A stretch of DNA of 64,000 nucleotides from Octopus vulgaris (GCA_951406725.2 OX597832.1:34162001-34226000), one strand, 5' to 3'; shown: positions 42,393 through 60,518, counted from the stretch's first letter. Notes: generated by a model not told the origin, from the sequence alone. Numbers and translations are program-made.

Positions 42393-43619
42393 ACTACAGA
42401 GACCTAAAGGAGTATTTCGCTACATACATTTCATGCTTTATCAGGAGTATTATGCAACTTATATGATTTTCGTAGTTTTCTTAAATGTCCATTCAATTTA
42501 TTTTCGAAGCTGTTTTGCACCTTGTAGGACTTCATTCTTTTCAAGAAGAGAGACGCAAACAGATAACCGACAAAGATCATGCAGTTTTAGGATTCGTGAG
42601 AAATGTTCACTAGACGGCAACTGTTTGGCAATATCATGGTATACAATACAAAGGATGGAACAAACAGCAATTATCGACCTAAAACATATATTAGGGAATC
42701 GGAACTCACATTCAAAAACCGTTATTACTAATATAAACATTTATTTGTAAGCCTCGACAGAAAATGTGCTACGGCTTCGTCGAAGTTTATGTGGTTCTTG
42801 CGTGAGACAAGTCTTTACGAATTTAAAAATTACCTGTTCTGTTGTCGATAATGCGCAATCTTATAGAAACGGGAATTTCAAATCAAAGATGTGGTGTGGT
42901 CTTTGAACGAGAAGCTGAGAATTTTTACTTAAGTCAGCAATAGTTTGAACAAAGAAATTAACTGTTAACGCCTTGTATGCGTGCAGCTATGTATCATTTA
43001 TGAAAATACAAGCCTCCTTGGTACAGGAGAGAAAGAAACGTTGGTTTCCAAAATGTTTAAATGATAGGTTTTCTCGATATAAGAGTATGTTTGAGTACGT
43101 GTCTATATGTAAGTATGTGTAATGTGTATATGAATACATGTTTGTATATATGTATACACTCATTCTTTTTTAAAGCATTAATTAAAAATATTATTTTGCC
43201 GCCTTGATTAAGCAGAAACGCAATTTCATGACTTCGATTCTATGGAATTTATGTTGTTTTTTATAATAATATTACGACGAGCAACAGAAATGAAATGAAA
43301 AGCGTGAGTTTGAAGCAGCCGTTTCGGCACGCGTCGTTCATAAAGAATAAGCGTTTCCATCAGACTACGTATTTCGACAGTGAATATTTTATAAGAAAAC
43401 CAGGCACGCTTTACTAGCGAAGGATCTAGAAACGAGTTACTCGGAGTACTGCAAAGAGGAGCCTTTCAGTTATAATGTTTTAAAGAATAGGTTACATTTG
43501 TTTTTAGTTTCCAAATATTCTCTTCTGATGAATCAACATTTACAGAATTTTGCAAGATCTCTGATGTGAAATCGTGTGTTGAAACAGATATTGTTATGTT
43601 CCGGGATTCTTTCACATAC

Positions 43620-43828
43620 ATCAGGCATTTCGCAGCGGCTATGCTGGAGCACCACCTTAAAAGACATCTACCCAATGACTTATTCTTTGTAAGACTAGTA
43701 CTTATTCTACCGGTGTCCTTTGCCGAACAGCTATGTAACAAGGACGTGAACATACCAACATCGGTTGTCAAGCGATGGTTGGGGCAAAAACAGACACAAT
43801 ATATACATACATTTCCATCAACCAAATC

Positions 43829-43832
<4 letters not shown>
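43620..43832 (-). mobile_element. SINE family 1, 3' half
   Basis: GCGGCTATGCTGGAGCACCACC, CTAGTACTTATTCTA and CATCGGTTGTCAAGCGATGG blocks. Confidence 0.75.
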
Positions 43833-43862
<30 letters not shown>

Positions 43863-43969
43863 CAAACTAAGGAAAGAAATTCCTTCAAAAGGGTGCGTAA
43901 AACATCAAGTTCACTGGTATGTCAGTTGAATACCACAGAAATGTGGTTATGATACAAATTATGTTTGTT

Positions 43970-44016
<47 letters not shown>

Positions 44017-45319
44017 AAATATTATGTGCTTACGCCATAATATTTACTTATACTTACATTTATATTAGGATACATACATACTTATATTAGTACACACACA
44101 CATATGTGTGTGTGTGTGTTTGTATCAAATAGTTGAGTGCAAAAACATTACAATATTGTAAAAGGTGTGAACAAATAATTTATAGAAAAATTTTTTGGGA
44201 AATTAATGCATGAGGTAAAAACTAAGGTCTTTTAAAATCGATTTCCTTCCTAAAATCGATCACAAAATCGTTTTGTTGATTTTGGTAAAAATAGACATGT
44301 AGCTAAACTGAGAAATAAGAAATATATATGAAGGTGATCGAAAGAGAAAGAGGGAGGGGAGTGAGAAAGACTGGGAGAGAAAGAAAGAGAGTTAGACAGA
44401 CAGCCAGACAGACAGACAGTGAGTGTGATGGAGAGAAATAAAGGGAGACAGACAGAGATAGAGAGGGACCGAGAGGAAGTATTGGCCGTATTCCAGAATT
44501 CCTGAAGCATGTGTAATGTGGAGAAATCAGCAGATCTTTATTTAAAATCTTTTTGTTCTGATTATTGTAGAAGATATGGAAAGGGATCCTGTTGTTCTCT
44601 GAAGTAAACAGAAAACGTATCAGACTGTTAACCTTATAACTTACTTAGAGACCCTTCGGTTTGTTCAATAAAGTTGATTGATTTAAATAAACAACAGCAC
44701 ACACAAATAAAGGGAAGGAGCAAAGGGAGATGCTCACTTTCCCTCCACTTTTCACTTCACTGTGTCCCTGTCATTTTTTCTCGCCCCTCCTTAATTCTAC
44801 TGTCCCTCTGCCTCTACCTCTCTCCTCTTCCCACGTGACCGGTGTTCGGCCAAGCCTAATCTTTCATCCTTGGTTCGGCCGTCGTCCGTGCAACATCTAT
44901 ATTCCTCCCTGTGCCTCTGATATCTTGTATCCCTGCCGTAAGGCTTTATTTCTACACACGCCAGCTTAATCCAATTCGTCCTTAGTCGAAAGACACCTGT
45001 TGCTATGTCCTGTTATTTGTATTTGTGTAACATCTTCCGTTTTATCCTTCATCGTTTTCGTATACATTCGCTGCTTTCTTCCAAAGAATCTAATGCTCTA
45101 AGCTTAGTTTTTCCTTGGGGCTGACCAGATTGGAGCAATCTCGAGAATAACCGGCCGAAATTGCAAAGATAATCTGGAACTCGACTGAGGAAAGAAAGCT
45201 CCGAATGACCCATTCTTGTTTTCTTTGTATCGTCTATCTGGATGCTTTGTTGCCCCTTTTTTGTATCACCTGTCTGGATGTTTTGCGTCCTTGTCCTATT
45301 TTGTATTATATATATATAA

Positions 45320-45680
45320 ATTTGCTTGTCATTTGACTGCGGCCATGCTGGAGCACAACCTTTAATCGAATAAATCGACCCTAGGACTTTTCTTTGCAAG
45401 CCTAGTACTTATTCTATCGCTAGCTTTGCCGAACCACTAAGTTACAGGGACGTAAATATACCAACATCGGTTGTCAAACGATAGTGTGGGGACAAACACA
45501 GACATACACACACACATATACGACGTACTTCTTTCAGTTTCCGTCTACCAAATCCATTCACAAGGCTTTGGTTGGCCCGAGGCTATAGTAGAAGAATCTG
45601 GCCGAAGGAGCCACGCGGTGGGACTGAACCCATAACCATGTGGTTGGTAAGCAAGCTACTTACCACACAGCCACTCCTCC
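45320..45680 (-). mobile_element. SINE family 1, near full length
   Basis: Head GGAGTGGCTGTGTGGTAAGTAGCTTGCTTACCAACCACATGG..GGGTTCAGTCCC; tail GCTCCAGCATGGCCGCAGTCAAATGAC. Confidence 0.85.
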
Positions 45681-45759
45681 TCCTATATATATATTTGCAT
45701 ATTGATATGCCCACTTTTGTTTGTGAAAATGTAGATATGAGCTTTATCGAAATGCGTTT

Positions 45760-46620
45760 AGCAGGTTAATTACGCAAATGGAGTGATGGTCAGAAGTGTA
45801 AACACCCCGATGTAGGATGTGTTTATTTTGGTACCTTACAATTGATGGATACAGCTTGTAATAATTTCAGTTCTGGAATTTAAGTAGTTGTTATAGCTCT
45901 TTGACATTATCTAGATATATATTGTTTCAGCTATAATGAGGTTGCATTTCTTAGATCCATTTACGTATGTCTTGGATCTTCTAAGGATCCTCTATTCCAT
46001 GTTGTAAACAACATTGGTGGCATTCAGAGTCCATCTACGCTTCGTTAACGTCGTGGCTATTTTCGTTGCAAGTCTGCTTGAATGGTGACTCTGATAATGA
46101 AATGTTTCAAGACTCGTAACAATTTACTTTTTTCGATCAATAACTTTAACTGGTATACTGATGGTAACTTCTACTGCAGATACTATTAATCTAGTTGGCA
46201 TGAACATGGACTCTGCAAGAGTTATTTCGAATAGGCCAATTTAAGATACTTTTCTTCATCTTGGAATCGTAGCTATAGGGGCCCTTCACCCATTGTGATT
46301 ATGGCCCTCACAGAAATGCTTTTCCAGGAGGATCAGTAAATTTTTTCGTACATTAATCTTAACAAAGAAAAAGACGGAGCGTACCACATTACATTCCTTA
46401 GCGTTTTCTATAGGTTGCATTATATAAAATCTTATATTTGAATCCACTACTTGGATTCTATCATAGGACTGTCTTAATGAGAGTATCGCCTATTCACAGT
46501 TTTATGAATCATATATATCTAATGTCCACCTAGCTTGATATCCGTAACTCTCTTGATCCTCGCAGCGATGAAGGGAGTCAAAATGCATTCTACAGGTTTC
46601 TATGTGCAAAATCTTAAATG
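45760..46620 (-). mobile_element. Penelope-like element remnant (C-terminal linker and GIY-YIG region), heavily decayed
   Basis: RNVMWYAPSFSL...; TTLTKRRWTL..VVYNME*RILRRSKTYVNGSKKCNL..YLNSRTEIITSCIH, colinear with the PLE at 62211-63435. Confidence 0.7.
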
Positions 46621-46644
46621 TTAGATTTTAGGTTTATATTATAT

Positions 46645-46712
46645 TCACCTGAAGAAAACAGTGTAATTGATTTGTTCGTCAATAACAACGCGTCTGAAAC
46701 AGCTGTTATGGA
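46645..46712 (+). ncRNA. Hammerhead-like motif in inverted orientation at the 5' end of the PLE remnant
   Basis: CTGAAGA 46649-46655, eroded long stem II with ATTGA/TCAAT, GAAAC-AGCT-GTT. Confidence 0.55.
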
Positions 46713-47053
46713 CCTCAGCCTCTTTTTGTCATTATATGTGCGTGCGTGTAAGAAATATATATTTATATGCCCACACATATATACATGCACATTAAGATAT
46801 ATACAGACATATAAATGCATATGCATCTACATTCGTGCATTATATGGGAAATAAATAAACGATACATAGGTACACACACACACACACACACACACTGTAA
46901 TGCTTATTAGGAATAAATAAGAAGGAACGTACATTGGTGTACATTAAGAGCTTGAATGAACGTGTCTGATTTCATGTGAAAATAATGTGATTAATTGAAG
47001 TAAAGCATATTCATAATACTTGGAGCAGCAGCAGCAGCATTAGTAGCAGCAGC

Positions 47054-47099
<46 letters not shown>

Positions 47100-47539
47100 A
47101 GAGGAGGAGGAGGGAAAGGAGCGGGAGGGGAGGAGAAGAAAGAGGTGCAATAAAAATGTTTTTTAATTTATCGCATTTTATGTTAGCTGTGTGCGTGACA
47201 GTAGGCGTTTATGTATGCGTATACGTGTGTTTACACGTATGTATGTACATATGCGAGAATGTGTGTGGGTGAACGCCCATGTGCGTTTATTTGCCTTTAT
47301 AAGCAAGTGTGTATTTGTGTACATGTGTGAATTCGTGTATGCATGTATGTGTGTGTATTGCGTTTCACTGCATGTGTTTGTATGCGTGCATTGTGCTCTG
47401 TGTGTGTGTGCGTACGCGCGTGTGTGGTGTTTTTCGTCATTTTCTATTCTCCGAAACTGTTTACGTTATAAAAGATGTTTCCATCACCAAAGCACCGAGG
47501 TGAATCACTCATCCAATAAAACTAATATCGCACGTTTAT

Positions 47540-47595
<56 letters not shown>

Positions 47596-47725
47596 GTGTG
47601 TATGTATATGTTTGTGTATATATATGTGTATGTATATTTACATATGTGGGTGTATATGTAAATATCCATATATATATATATATATATACATATATATAAA
47701 TACAAGCACTCGTATATGTATATAT

Positions 47726-47764
<39 letters not shown>

Positions 47765-48394
47765 CACACACACTCATGCGTATGTTCGTGTGTATACATA
47801 TTAATTGAAATACAAGGAAATAGAAGAACAGAAGATAGGGAAAAGCAGATGAGTGGTCGACGTGGCAAATAACAACGGCAACAACAACAACAGCAATAAT
47901 GTTGATAATAACAACAACAACAATTGCGAACTTAAATATGACGGAGAAAGCGAATGAATGTCCATTAAAAGCTGGGAGCGAAATGGGCAAAAACGAATGA
48001 AGAATTCTTTTATATTCTTCCGAACCAAAGAAGTGATTTTAGTTAAAGAATCGCGGTATTTATTGAAGAGCAATTATAAATGTTATTAATCTTTCTGTTT
48101 AAACAATTTCGAAATCCGGAACAAGAATTTAATAAAATTAGTAAATCTATATCCATCAATTTCGTATATTGTGTGTATTTGTATGTCTGTATATCGTGTG
48201 TGTGTGTGTGTGTACAGGTATGCAAGCTTACGTATTGGCAACCATAAATATATGCATAAACACCACATAAAACATACACACTCAAATATATACGTATGTG
48301 TATGTAGATATTCAAATATAAACTGAGATGCATATGCGTATATATATATATACACGCGCGCACATCATATATTTACACACACACACACACACAC

Positions 48395-48448
<54 letters not shown>

Positions 48449-49138
48449 GTGTGTTTCTACACACGTTCATATGTATATATAAATAATATTCGGTGTGTGT
48501 ATGTACACACACACACACACATATATATATATATGCATGTGTTTGTGGATATATATACGAATACATACTGCCTCTCTTTTCTTCTTCCTTGTGCGTTTTC
48601 TTCTTCACCTTCATCTTCATAAACATCGAAATAAGTTTTAATTTTCATAATGGCAGAACAAAATATAAAAACAAATGGAAATATTTAACAAACCTAAAAC
48701 CATAAACGAAAAGAAAACGAAACGAAAACGCTATCAACTCCAGCAAATAATTCGCAAGCAACAAGCATACAAACACACAAAAACACAAGCGCAATAAGAA
48801 CAACAAATAAATGGTCTAGATTAATCTTTCATAAAAATTATAATCCAATAGGGAAAAAAAACCCATTGCAGTAATGGTGTACTTCTATCGTACTTTATTA
48901 GAGTACTTGCATGTCTTTGTCGGCATTCTTGAGATCTTCATGTTTCTCGTTCAGGTTTCTTGCCTTTTTCGCCAACCGATTCCATCCATTATTGTTAAAA
49001 TGTTCAGTCTTCAGCTAATTCTTGATTCTTCGCAACTTTATTTCATTTATATTTTTATTTTTCAAATTCTAACAATTCCAAAAGTTTGATGTTTTTTAGG
49101 TATTCTTTTTACAAGAATATCCTAAATTACTTCCTCTG

Positions 49139-49187
<49 letters not shown>

Positions 49188-49831
49188 ATTTTATCTACGT
49201 TGCTGTTTAGACCCATCAATAAATTAAAATAGAGAACCTGTAGAATAAACAGTGTTCTTAGTAGATAGACAGACAGGCATGTCTTTTCTCTTGCCCCCTT
49301 TCCACCCTGCCTGTTCATCACACGTGACTATGGGCCTTTTTCGTGCCTCTGTCTTTTCTGGATGCGACGTTCAACTAACTGAACGTCATGTCCCTCTTCT
49401 TTCGCCTTTCGATATTTTTTTTTTCTTTTCTCCTATTTTCTTCTCTTCTATCTATTCTATATCCTTTCAAAATTTCTCCCATTACAATTCGTTTTGCCCT
49501 AACGGCCCTTAATGTTTGTCTTCATTGATTGTTTACTCTGTACCTCCACTCTATTATTGTTTGTCTGTTCGAAGTCGTAACTCTCCACAAATTTTATATA
49601 TTTAAAATTCCTAAATGCTGCTGTCTTATGAAGTTTTCCTGTCTTGTCGGCAAAAGCAAGAAATAGATTGTAATAACGAGTCAACAACGGATCAGCGAGT
49701 TATCTTCTTTTGGTATTTTATCTTGTATTTTTCTCTCGTTTGTTTACGTATTTTTCACTTGTTGGTGATGTCCTCTACTTAATATGTATTTTATATATAG
49801 ATAGAGAGAGGGGGGAGTGATAGAGAAAAGG

Positions 49832-49910
<79 letters not shown>

Positions 49911-50517
49911 ACAGCAAAATCAATAAAATTAGTGTATGCAATGTAGGAAACATCTTTGATAGTAGGTCTTAGGATTTGGATGGACTTGATAAATAATAAC
50001 AGATTTTACTAAAGTTATTCATTGATCTGATCGATTAGTCGTGACTTACGAGGTAGACAAACAGCTGCTTTACGGCCTTATAAACTTATACTCACAGACA
50101 AATGGCGAGAGAGAGAGAGTAATATTTGAAATGGATTGAAGAGTTCTATAGAGGTGACAGGCTGGTTGATTAGATGTATAGGAAACTGCCTAGTTGGTAG
50201 GCTGGCTGACTGGATGGAATGGAGATAGATAGATAGATAGATAGATAGTCAGTCGATCGACAGAGATAAACTGACAGATACACTGATAGGCAAATAGGTT
50301 GATAACTACATACATGCATATATAGGAAGGTGATGATAGATGGATGAATACTACATATATAAAGAGAGGGTGAGAGGGGCAGACGGAGAGAGACAGACAG
50401 ACAGACAGACAGATAGATAGACAGGCAGATAGACAGATAGATAGATAGATAGACAGAGAGAGACAGACAGACAGACAGACACAGATTGATAGAAGAGACA
50501 GACAGACACAGATTGAG

Positions 50518-50568
<51 letters not shown>

Positions 50569-50806
50569 CGTAGAGATCTGAAGAATGTCTGGTTAGAAAA
50601 TCAAATTCGATATCAATGGGCAGTGAAGCATTGTTTGTTTAAATCTGTAATCAGCTAGCATTCCACTTCAAACATTTAGTAATGATATTGAGGAACGAGG
50701 CAATAGAAAAATCTGTAAGACAGGAAATTGGCAATTTGTTAAGAAAATACACACACTCACACCCTCTTTCACTCACACTCTCTCTCTCAGTTTTTCTCCT
50801 GCTACT

Positions 50807-50887
<81 letters not shown>

Positions 50888-51039
50888 ATTTCTAGCTTTG
50901 GGAGAAGGCATTTATATTTTCAATTTGGTCCAAATGGTCAAGTAGATAACACTAATAATATATAAATGTATATATAGATATTTATATAAATATATATGTA
51001 TATATATATAGGTGTGTGTGCGTGTGTGCACGCGCACAC

Positions 51040-51079
<40 letters not shown>

Positions 51080-51289
51080 GCACACACACACGCACATAAC
51101 GGTGATGCCCCAGCATGATCGCAGATTCGAAGCTGAAACAATTTAGAGATTCAAAGATATAGGTATACATAGTCATAAGCATACATGGATATGTATGCGT
51201 ATATACAATTACTTATACATAGATGTGAAGGTATGCGTATGTACATAGATAGATAGATTGATAGATAGATAGATAGATAGATAGATTGA

Positions 51290-52075
51290 CTCTCGAGCTC
51301 GACCAAAGACTTGCACATCCTCTTGCAAATTGCACAGCTGTGCTGGCTGGCAGAAGCAACAAGAGCCACAGTATGAAGTCCTTTGACATGCGTTTTCAAT
51401 CCTCCAACTGAAGGGCACACCTTCCCACAGGGTGCACATCCTCTGCTGTGAACAATAGCCATATCACAATTCACAAGCGGTTGATTCCTGTGTGTTCTCT
51501 GGTGGCTGAGCAGGACTGCATGACTGATATATTTCCTCCCTCAAACCTTACACGTATAAAGCAAAACACCTTCATTTTCTACAGGTTCATTCTTTCTAAG
51601 CCTTCTCTTGATCTTCTCATGCTTCATTCTCTCTCTTTCAAACTTCGAACAAGCACTCTGTTCTCTTTTTCAGATTTGTGCTTCCTCCTCCCAATCAACA
51701 ACTGAAACTCCTGTCTTTGACAGAGCAATTCTGAGGCAGTTCTTGAACCTCATTTTAGGTTTATGTGCTGGCCTACTACCATCTTCCAGTTCACCATACA
51801 AAAGTTGCTTGCGAAGCATTGCGTCATTCATTCTCACCAAATGTCCAATCAATCTCAAACGACTTTGGCAGAATCATCGATTCTACGCTCCTATAACCAC
51901 TTCTCTCAAGTGCTACTGCATTATTCATAGCCATTCTCCAAGTTATCCCAAGAATTTTCCTAAAACGATATTGATAATATCATTCCAAATGTCTATGACA
52001 AACAATCCATGCCTCGATTCCATATAGCAATGATAGCAGAACATATGCTGCAAACCCTACAAAAGGCACAACTAG
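51290..52075 (-). mobile_element. RTE-clade (BovB-like) LINE C-terminal fragment with two C2H2-like fingers
   Basis: [55 protein letters not shown]; CAPCGKVCPSVGGLKTHVKGLH and CAICKRMCKS. Confidence 0.85.
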
Positions 52076-52139
52076 TCTTGCTGTTTATATATATGTGTGT
52101 GTGAGAGTGTATATAATATATATAAAGTGTGTGTGCGCG

Positions 52140-52211
52140 TATATATATATATGTGTATATATATATATGTGTATATATATATGTGTATATATATATGTGT
52201 ATATATATATG

Positions 52212-52277
<66 letters not shown>

Positions 52278-52639
52278 TATATATATGTATATATTATATA
52301 TATTATATATATGTATATATTATATATATATATATTATATATATGTATATATTATATATATATATATTATATATATGTATATATTATATATATGTATATA
52401 TATATATTATATATATGTATATATTATATATATGTATATATATATATTATATATATGTATATATTATATATATGTATATATATATATTATATATATGTAT
52501 ATATTATATATATGTATATATATATATATATTATATATATGTATATATTATATATATGTATATATATATATGTATATATATATATTATATATATGTACAT
52601 ATATATTATATATGTATATATATATATATATTATATATG

Positions 52640-52679
<40 letters not shown>

Positions 52680-52790
52680 ATATATGTATATATATATATA
52701 TTATATATATGTACATATATATTATATATGTATATATATATATATATTATATATGTATATATATATATATATTCATATATACATATATAC
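52140..52790. repeat. TA-derived compound satellite (TATATTA/TATATG units)
   Basis: Direct reading. Confidence 0.95.
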
Positions 52791-53019
52791 CCCTATTTAC
52801 TCTTATCACCAGGTCCCTTCACGTCTATATATGTATTTATTTGTTAATTTATTTACATTACTTCAACATCTAAATTCCCTCGTTCTACATTGAGAGAAGA
52901 ACGAGATGGACGCTTCAATTCTATGCTGCTGCCGCATTATGTCGTGCGCGAATGAGAGGATTTGCATCCCCAACCAAGAATTTTTGTTGTAACACATGTC
53001 CTTGTGGAAGTTGTTGTGC

Positions 53020-53097
53020 GCGGCTGAAGAAGGCCACAGACATACATTATGCATTGTTATAAATCTGTCTAATAAAGGCCCGAAACATATGTACCGC
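53020..53097 (+). ncRNA. Type I hammerhead ribozyme motif with extended stem II
   Basis: Stem I GCGG/CCGC; CTGAAGA 53024-53030; stem II GGCC/GGCC (A.C at its base) extended by ACAGA/TCTGT; GAAA 53082-53085; C-ATAT-G palindromic stem III; GTA 53091-53093. Confidence 0.75.
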
Positions 53098-53334
53098 TGA
53101 ATCCTTGGCATCATGTTTTTATTTTGATCAATTTACTCCTCCACCTACACCACCAAACGGTATATACAGGTGCTTACAATTATCAAGTACTCACCCCGAA
53201 TTTCTATATATTCATATATGTATATGTATGTATATTTATATATGTATATGTATGTATATTTATATATGTATATGTATGTATATTTATATATGTATATGTA
53301 TGTATATATATATATATATATATAAATAAATATA

Positions 53335-54056
53335 AATCCTTAAAGTCTTAAAACGTTTTAGACCGAAGGCCGCGGCCATGCTGGGGTACCACCACTGAAT
53401 GAGCTACACTAATATGTGAACCCACCTTTGATACGTGGCACTTGGTCAACAAGGGAGTTTGATGCCGCTGCCCGCATCAGTGTCTCCTGTCGTGAGGTAG
53501 GTTAATCTGGAACCCCCGACAAGAAGAAATCCAGTTTAGTTTTAAAGAAACCCACAACCACACCATGCAAGTCTCTCAGGCATTTAGGGAGGATGTTAAA
53601 GAGCTGTGGTTCTGTGAAACCTAAGCTGTTGCAGTAACTGGTCCTGTATTTTGATGGTGATGTTGGAATCTTTGGCACCACGCAGTGGCGCCCCGTTCTG
53701 CGGTTGGAGTAACTTTGAATGCCAAAGTTTGGGACAAGACCCTCCAGGATTTTCCAGATGTATATCACCGCATATCTCTCCCGCCTTCGCTCTAGGGAGA
53801 AGAGGTTTAATACTTTCAGTCTTTCCCAGTACATGATATGTTGCATTGAGACGATCTTCTTTGTGTAGCTTCTTTGAATTGCTTCGAGTTCTGCTGTTAG
53901 TTTTATATTGTGTGGCGACCATAGTTGAGAGCAGTAGTCCAAGCGGCTGAGGACGAAAGTTTCCAGAGGGCCATCAGTGTCTCCTTATCTCTTGTTCTGG
54001 AAGTTCGGATAATCCATCCAGCTAGCCGTCTGCAGTTTATCGCCAGATTAGCAATA
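53335..54056 (-). mobile_element. CR1-like LINE, 5'-truncated (ORF2 C-terminus and 3' tail), family A
   Basis: [53 protein letters not shown]; premature stop at 53502-53504; tail GGTACCCCAGCATGGCCGCGGCC. Confidence 0.9.
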
Positions 54057-54979
54057 TGTATGTACATATATGTATGTATATATGTATGTATATATATATA
54101 TATGTATGTATATATATATATATGTATGTATATATATATATGTATATATATGTATGTATATATATATATGTATATATATATATGTGTATATATATGTATG
54201 TATATATATATATATGTATATATATATGTGTATATATATGTATGTATATATATATGTATATATATATGTGTATATATATGTATGTATATATATATGTATA
54301 TATATATGTGTATATATATATATATGTGTATATATATATATATATGTGTATATATATATATATGTGTATATATATATGTGTATATATATATGTGTATATA
54401 TATGTGTATATATATATGTGTATATATATATGTGTATATATATGTGTATATATATATGTATATATGTATGTATATATGTATATGTATATATGTATGTGTA
54501 TATATGTATGTATATATGTATGTGTATATATGTATGTATATATGTATGTATATATGTATATATATATATATATGTATGTATATATGTATATATATATGTG
54601 TATATGTATATATATAGGTATATATATATGTGTATATATATATATGTATTTATATATTTATACATGTATATGTATATATATAGGTATGTATATATATATA
54701 TATATGTATATATGTATATGTATATATTTATACATATATATGTATATATATAGGTATGTATATATATATATATGTATATGTGTATATGTATCTGTATATA
54801 TGTATATGTGTATATGTATATATGTATATATGTATATGTATATATATAAATATGTATATATATATAAATATGTATATATATAAATATGTATATATATATG
54901 TATATGTATATATGTATATATGTATATGTATATATGTATATGTATATATGTATATAAGTATAATGTATATATGTATATG

Positions 54980-55010
<31 letters not shown>

Positions 55011-55232
55011 GTATATGTATATATATATGTATATATATATATGTATATATATATGTATATATATATGTATATATATATATGTATATATATATATGAATAT
55101 ATATATGTATATATATATATGTATATATATATATGTATATATATATATATGTATATATATATGTATATATATATGTATATATATATGTATATATATATGT
55201 ATATATATATATGTATATATATATGTATATAT
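54057..55232. repeat. Compound (TA)n/(TATG)n microsatellite between the two LINE fragments
   Basis: Direct reading. Confidence 0.95.
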
Positions 55233-56180
55233 ATACTTTGATACTTTGATACTTTGATAGGTTTCGGCCATTATTGGCCCAGGCCATGTCTAACTTAATA
55301 GCACCACCTGGTGAAGTCTTTCAAGTCAGAATTTGGGCACTATGGCCCACTCAAGTAGAGAGTTATTGTTTACAGAGACATATCCGGGTGTAGGGGGTTT
55401 ATCCGGGATTTCTTGAAGGAATCTGTCCAAAGACTTCTTGAACCCTATAGGGTCAGTTTCTGTTTTAATGTGTTTTGGTGTAATGTTAAAGAGAGCGGGG
55501 CCAATTGAGGTGAAATAATTGTGCCGTATTGTTGTTATGAGATGAGAGTGCGATTTTTGTTTTGGGCGGATGGCACGGGGCCCAAGCCTTGGATGTACCT
55601 TAAAGGTGATGCCAACATCATTTGGGCAATGCTGATGGAATATTTTCCACATCATGCAGATGATGTAGCGCTCACGACGACGTTGGAGAGAATAGAGTTT
55701 TAGCTTTTCTAGCCGACCCCAATAGTCGAGGCCTGTCATGCCATCTATCTTTTTTGTGATTGCCCTTTGAGGTGCTTCAACTCTTATGATACCTTGTATT
55801 GTGTGGGGAGACCACAGTGGACAACAGTATTCAAGGTGGGGTCGGGCAAAAGTGGAGAAGAGAAGGATAATGGTGTGGATATCTCTCGACTGGAAAGTTC
55901 TGAGAATCCAGGAACACATTCTGCGGGCCATGTCAACTTTGGTGTTTATATGAGTGGCCCAGCTTACGTTGTTGTCCACAATTACTCCCAAGTCTCTGAT
56001 GTTGTTGGACGCCGCGAGAGTTTCACCTGAAGGAAGGGAGTATGGGAGTTTCAGGGCATCCTCTTTTCCAAAGTGGATTAGCTCAAATTTATCCTCGTTC
56101 AGCAGCATATTGTTTTTTTCTGCCCATTGGATAACAGCCAGTTTCACCTGAAGGAAGGGAGTATGGGAGTTTCAGGGCAT
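55233..56180 (-). mobile_element. CR1-like LINE, 5'-truncated, uninterrupted ORF2 C-terminus (about 270 aa), family B
   Basis: [55 protein letters not shown]; 3' tail ends in (ATCAAAGT)x3. Confidence 0.92.
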
Positions 56181-58597
<2,417 letters not shown>

Positions 58598-60056
58598 GTA
58601 TGTCAGGTCACTTTCGAGTGCTACTGGTATCATGTAACCCAGTACAACCTTTTACATGGTCGGGTCGTCGGCTACTAAATCGGCAACCCCACCAAGCTTG
58701 CTTGGTGAGGAGGGTGTTTATTGGACACCCTGCTGAATGAAAACCAAAACCCATCAAATTGTTGAAAGAGGTAGAAAGCCAGGGTGTATACACTATGCGT
58801 CGTCTCATATTTGGATGTTACGTTGCGTGTTTTCTTTGCACTTAAGAAAACCTGTGTTAGTACATATATATGTGATTCAGGTGGTTGCCTGCCCTACAAG
58901 AAATAGCAGACAGATCTCCCTTGAATTACAACCCTCAGGTCTTCAGGGGATACTAGGAAATTGGATAATTGTAGTTCTAGAGATCTCAAGCCTCATCTAA
59001 AAGAAACGAAAAAGACGGAATGGTGACGAGTAAAACGTCTCTGGCCGTCGGTTCTCCCGAAAAAAACAAACAAAACTAACTTATAACTATCGAAATAAAT
59101 ATATAGCTCTTCGTACGTACATGCATTCTAACACACGTATACACACACACACACACAAGCACACACACACACACACACATATTTATGTATGTATATAGTT
59201 AAAAATAAGTTCAAAATCTATTTATATTTTCTACCTCCGACCAAAGACGGATATGTCGTGTTGAAGATCAAACTAAAGAAATAATGTTGCATGCCGTCGC
59301 GAAAGTCCAAACTGAACCACACAATTGCAGGTAAACGAAGCTACAGAGGGGTCTGTGAGAGTTTGTACGGCGAAGGGGAGGCCTCGAAGATAGAAGAAAG
59401 CAAAATAAAGATCGATAAAATCAATAATTAATACATATTTCACCATTCCCTGGCCGAACACTAAGCAAGCCGTCTGCTAATGGGTTATTCTGATGAGACT
59501 AGACAATCTCGTTACGCCGGCGCTCCATTATAAGTGAAAATTTATAAAGAATCAATTATAAAACTACGTCACTTCCCCATCTTAGCCTCTCACTCATCAC
59601 GACATTATTGGTAATACATTAATAGATAAACACACACATACACACACACATACACACACGCATACACACTTACACACAGAAAGAAAACGACATCGATAAT
59701 ATACATATGTATATATTATACACGTATAGTCATGTACATATGAGTGTGTGAATATATGCATACACAAAATTGTCAATATACATGTGTATATGTGTGCATT
59801 TGTGCATGTATGTATGAATATATGTGTGTGTGTGTGCGCGTGTGTGTACATATGTATAATATGGTATACATCTACATAGTTATATACTTTTATATATTTA
59901 TTTACACATACAAACATACAAATAAATATACATACGTCAATATATTTTCCCAACTTTATGTATGTATATATGCATAAACACATAGGAATATATCTATATA
60001 TACATATGTATATGTATATATATATATATATATATATACATATGTATATGTATATG

Positions 60057-60119
<63 letters not shown>

Positions 60120-60401
60120 GTATATATATATATGTGCATGTATGAGTGTGCGTATGTGCGCCAATATGTACTTATATCCATTCATGCCTACACATACACG
60201 CATTCGTCTACATATTCATTCATACACGCATGAATGAATATGAATCTACTTAGGTATATATATAAATATATATATACATACATATATATATACACATACA
60301 CATATATACATTTATATATGCATATATATATATACATACATATATATATACACATACATATATACTCATTTATATATGCATATATATACATATATATATA
60401 T

Positions 60402-60435
<34 letters not shown>

Positions 60436-60456
60436 GTGTATATATATATATGCATA

Positions 60457-60518
<62 letters not shown>

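Noticed and set aside
58685-58745. Two adjacent hairpins (ACCAAG/CTTGGT and AGGGTGT/ACACCCT) as an HDV-like ribozyme
   Set aside because: Could not build the P1/P2/P3 nested pseudoknot; probably part of a retroelement UTR.
59488-59520. CTGATGA followed by a hairpin, as a hammerhead
   Set aside because: No GAAA or stem III follows.
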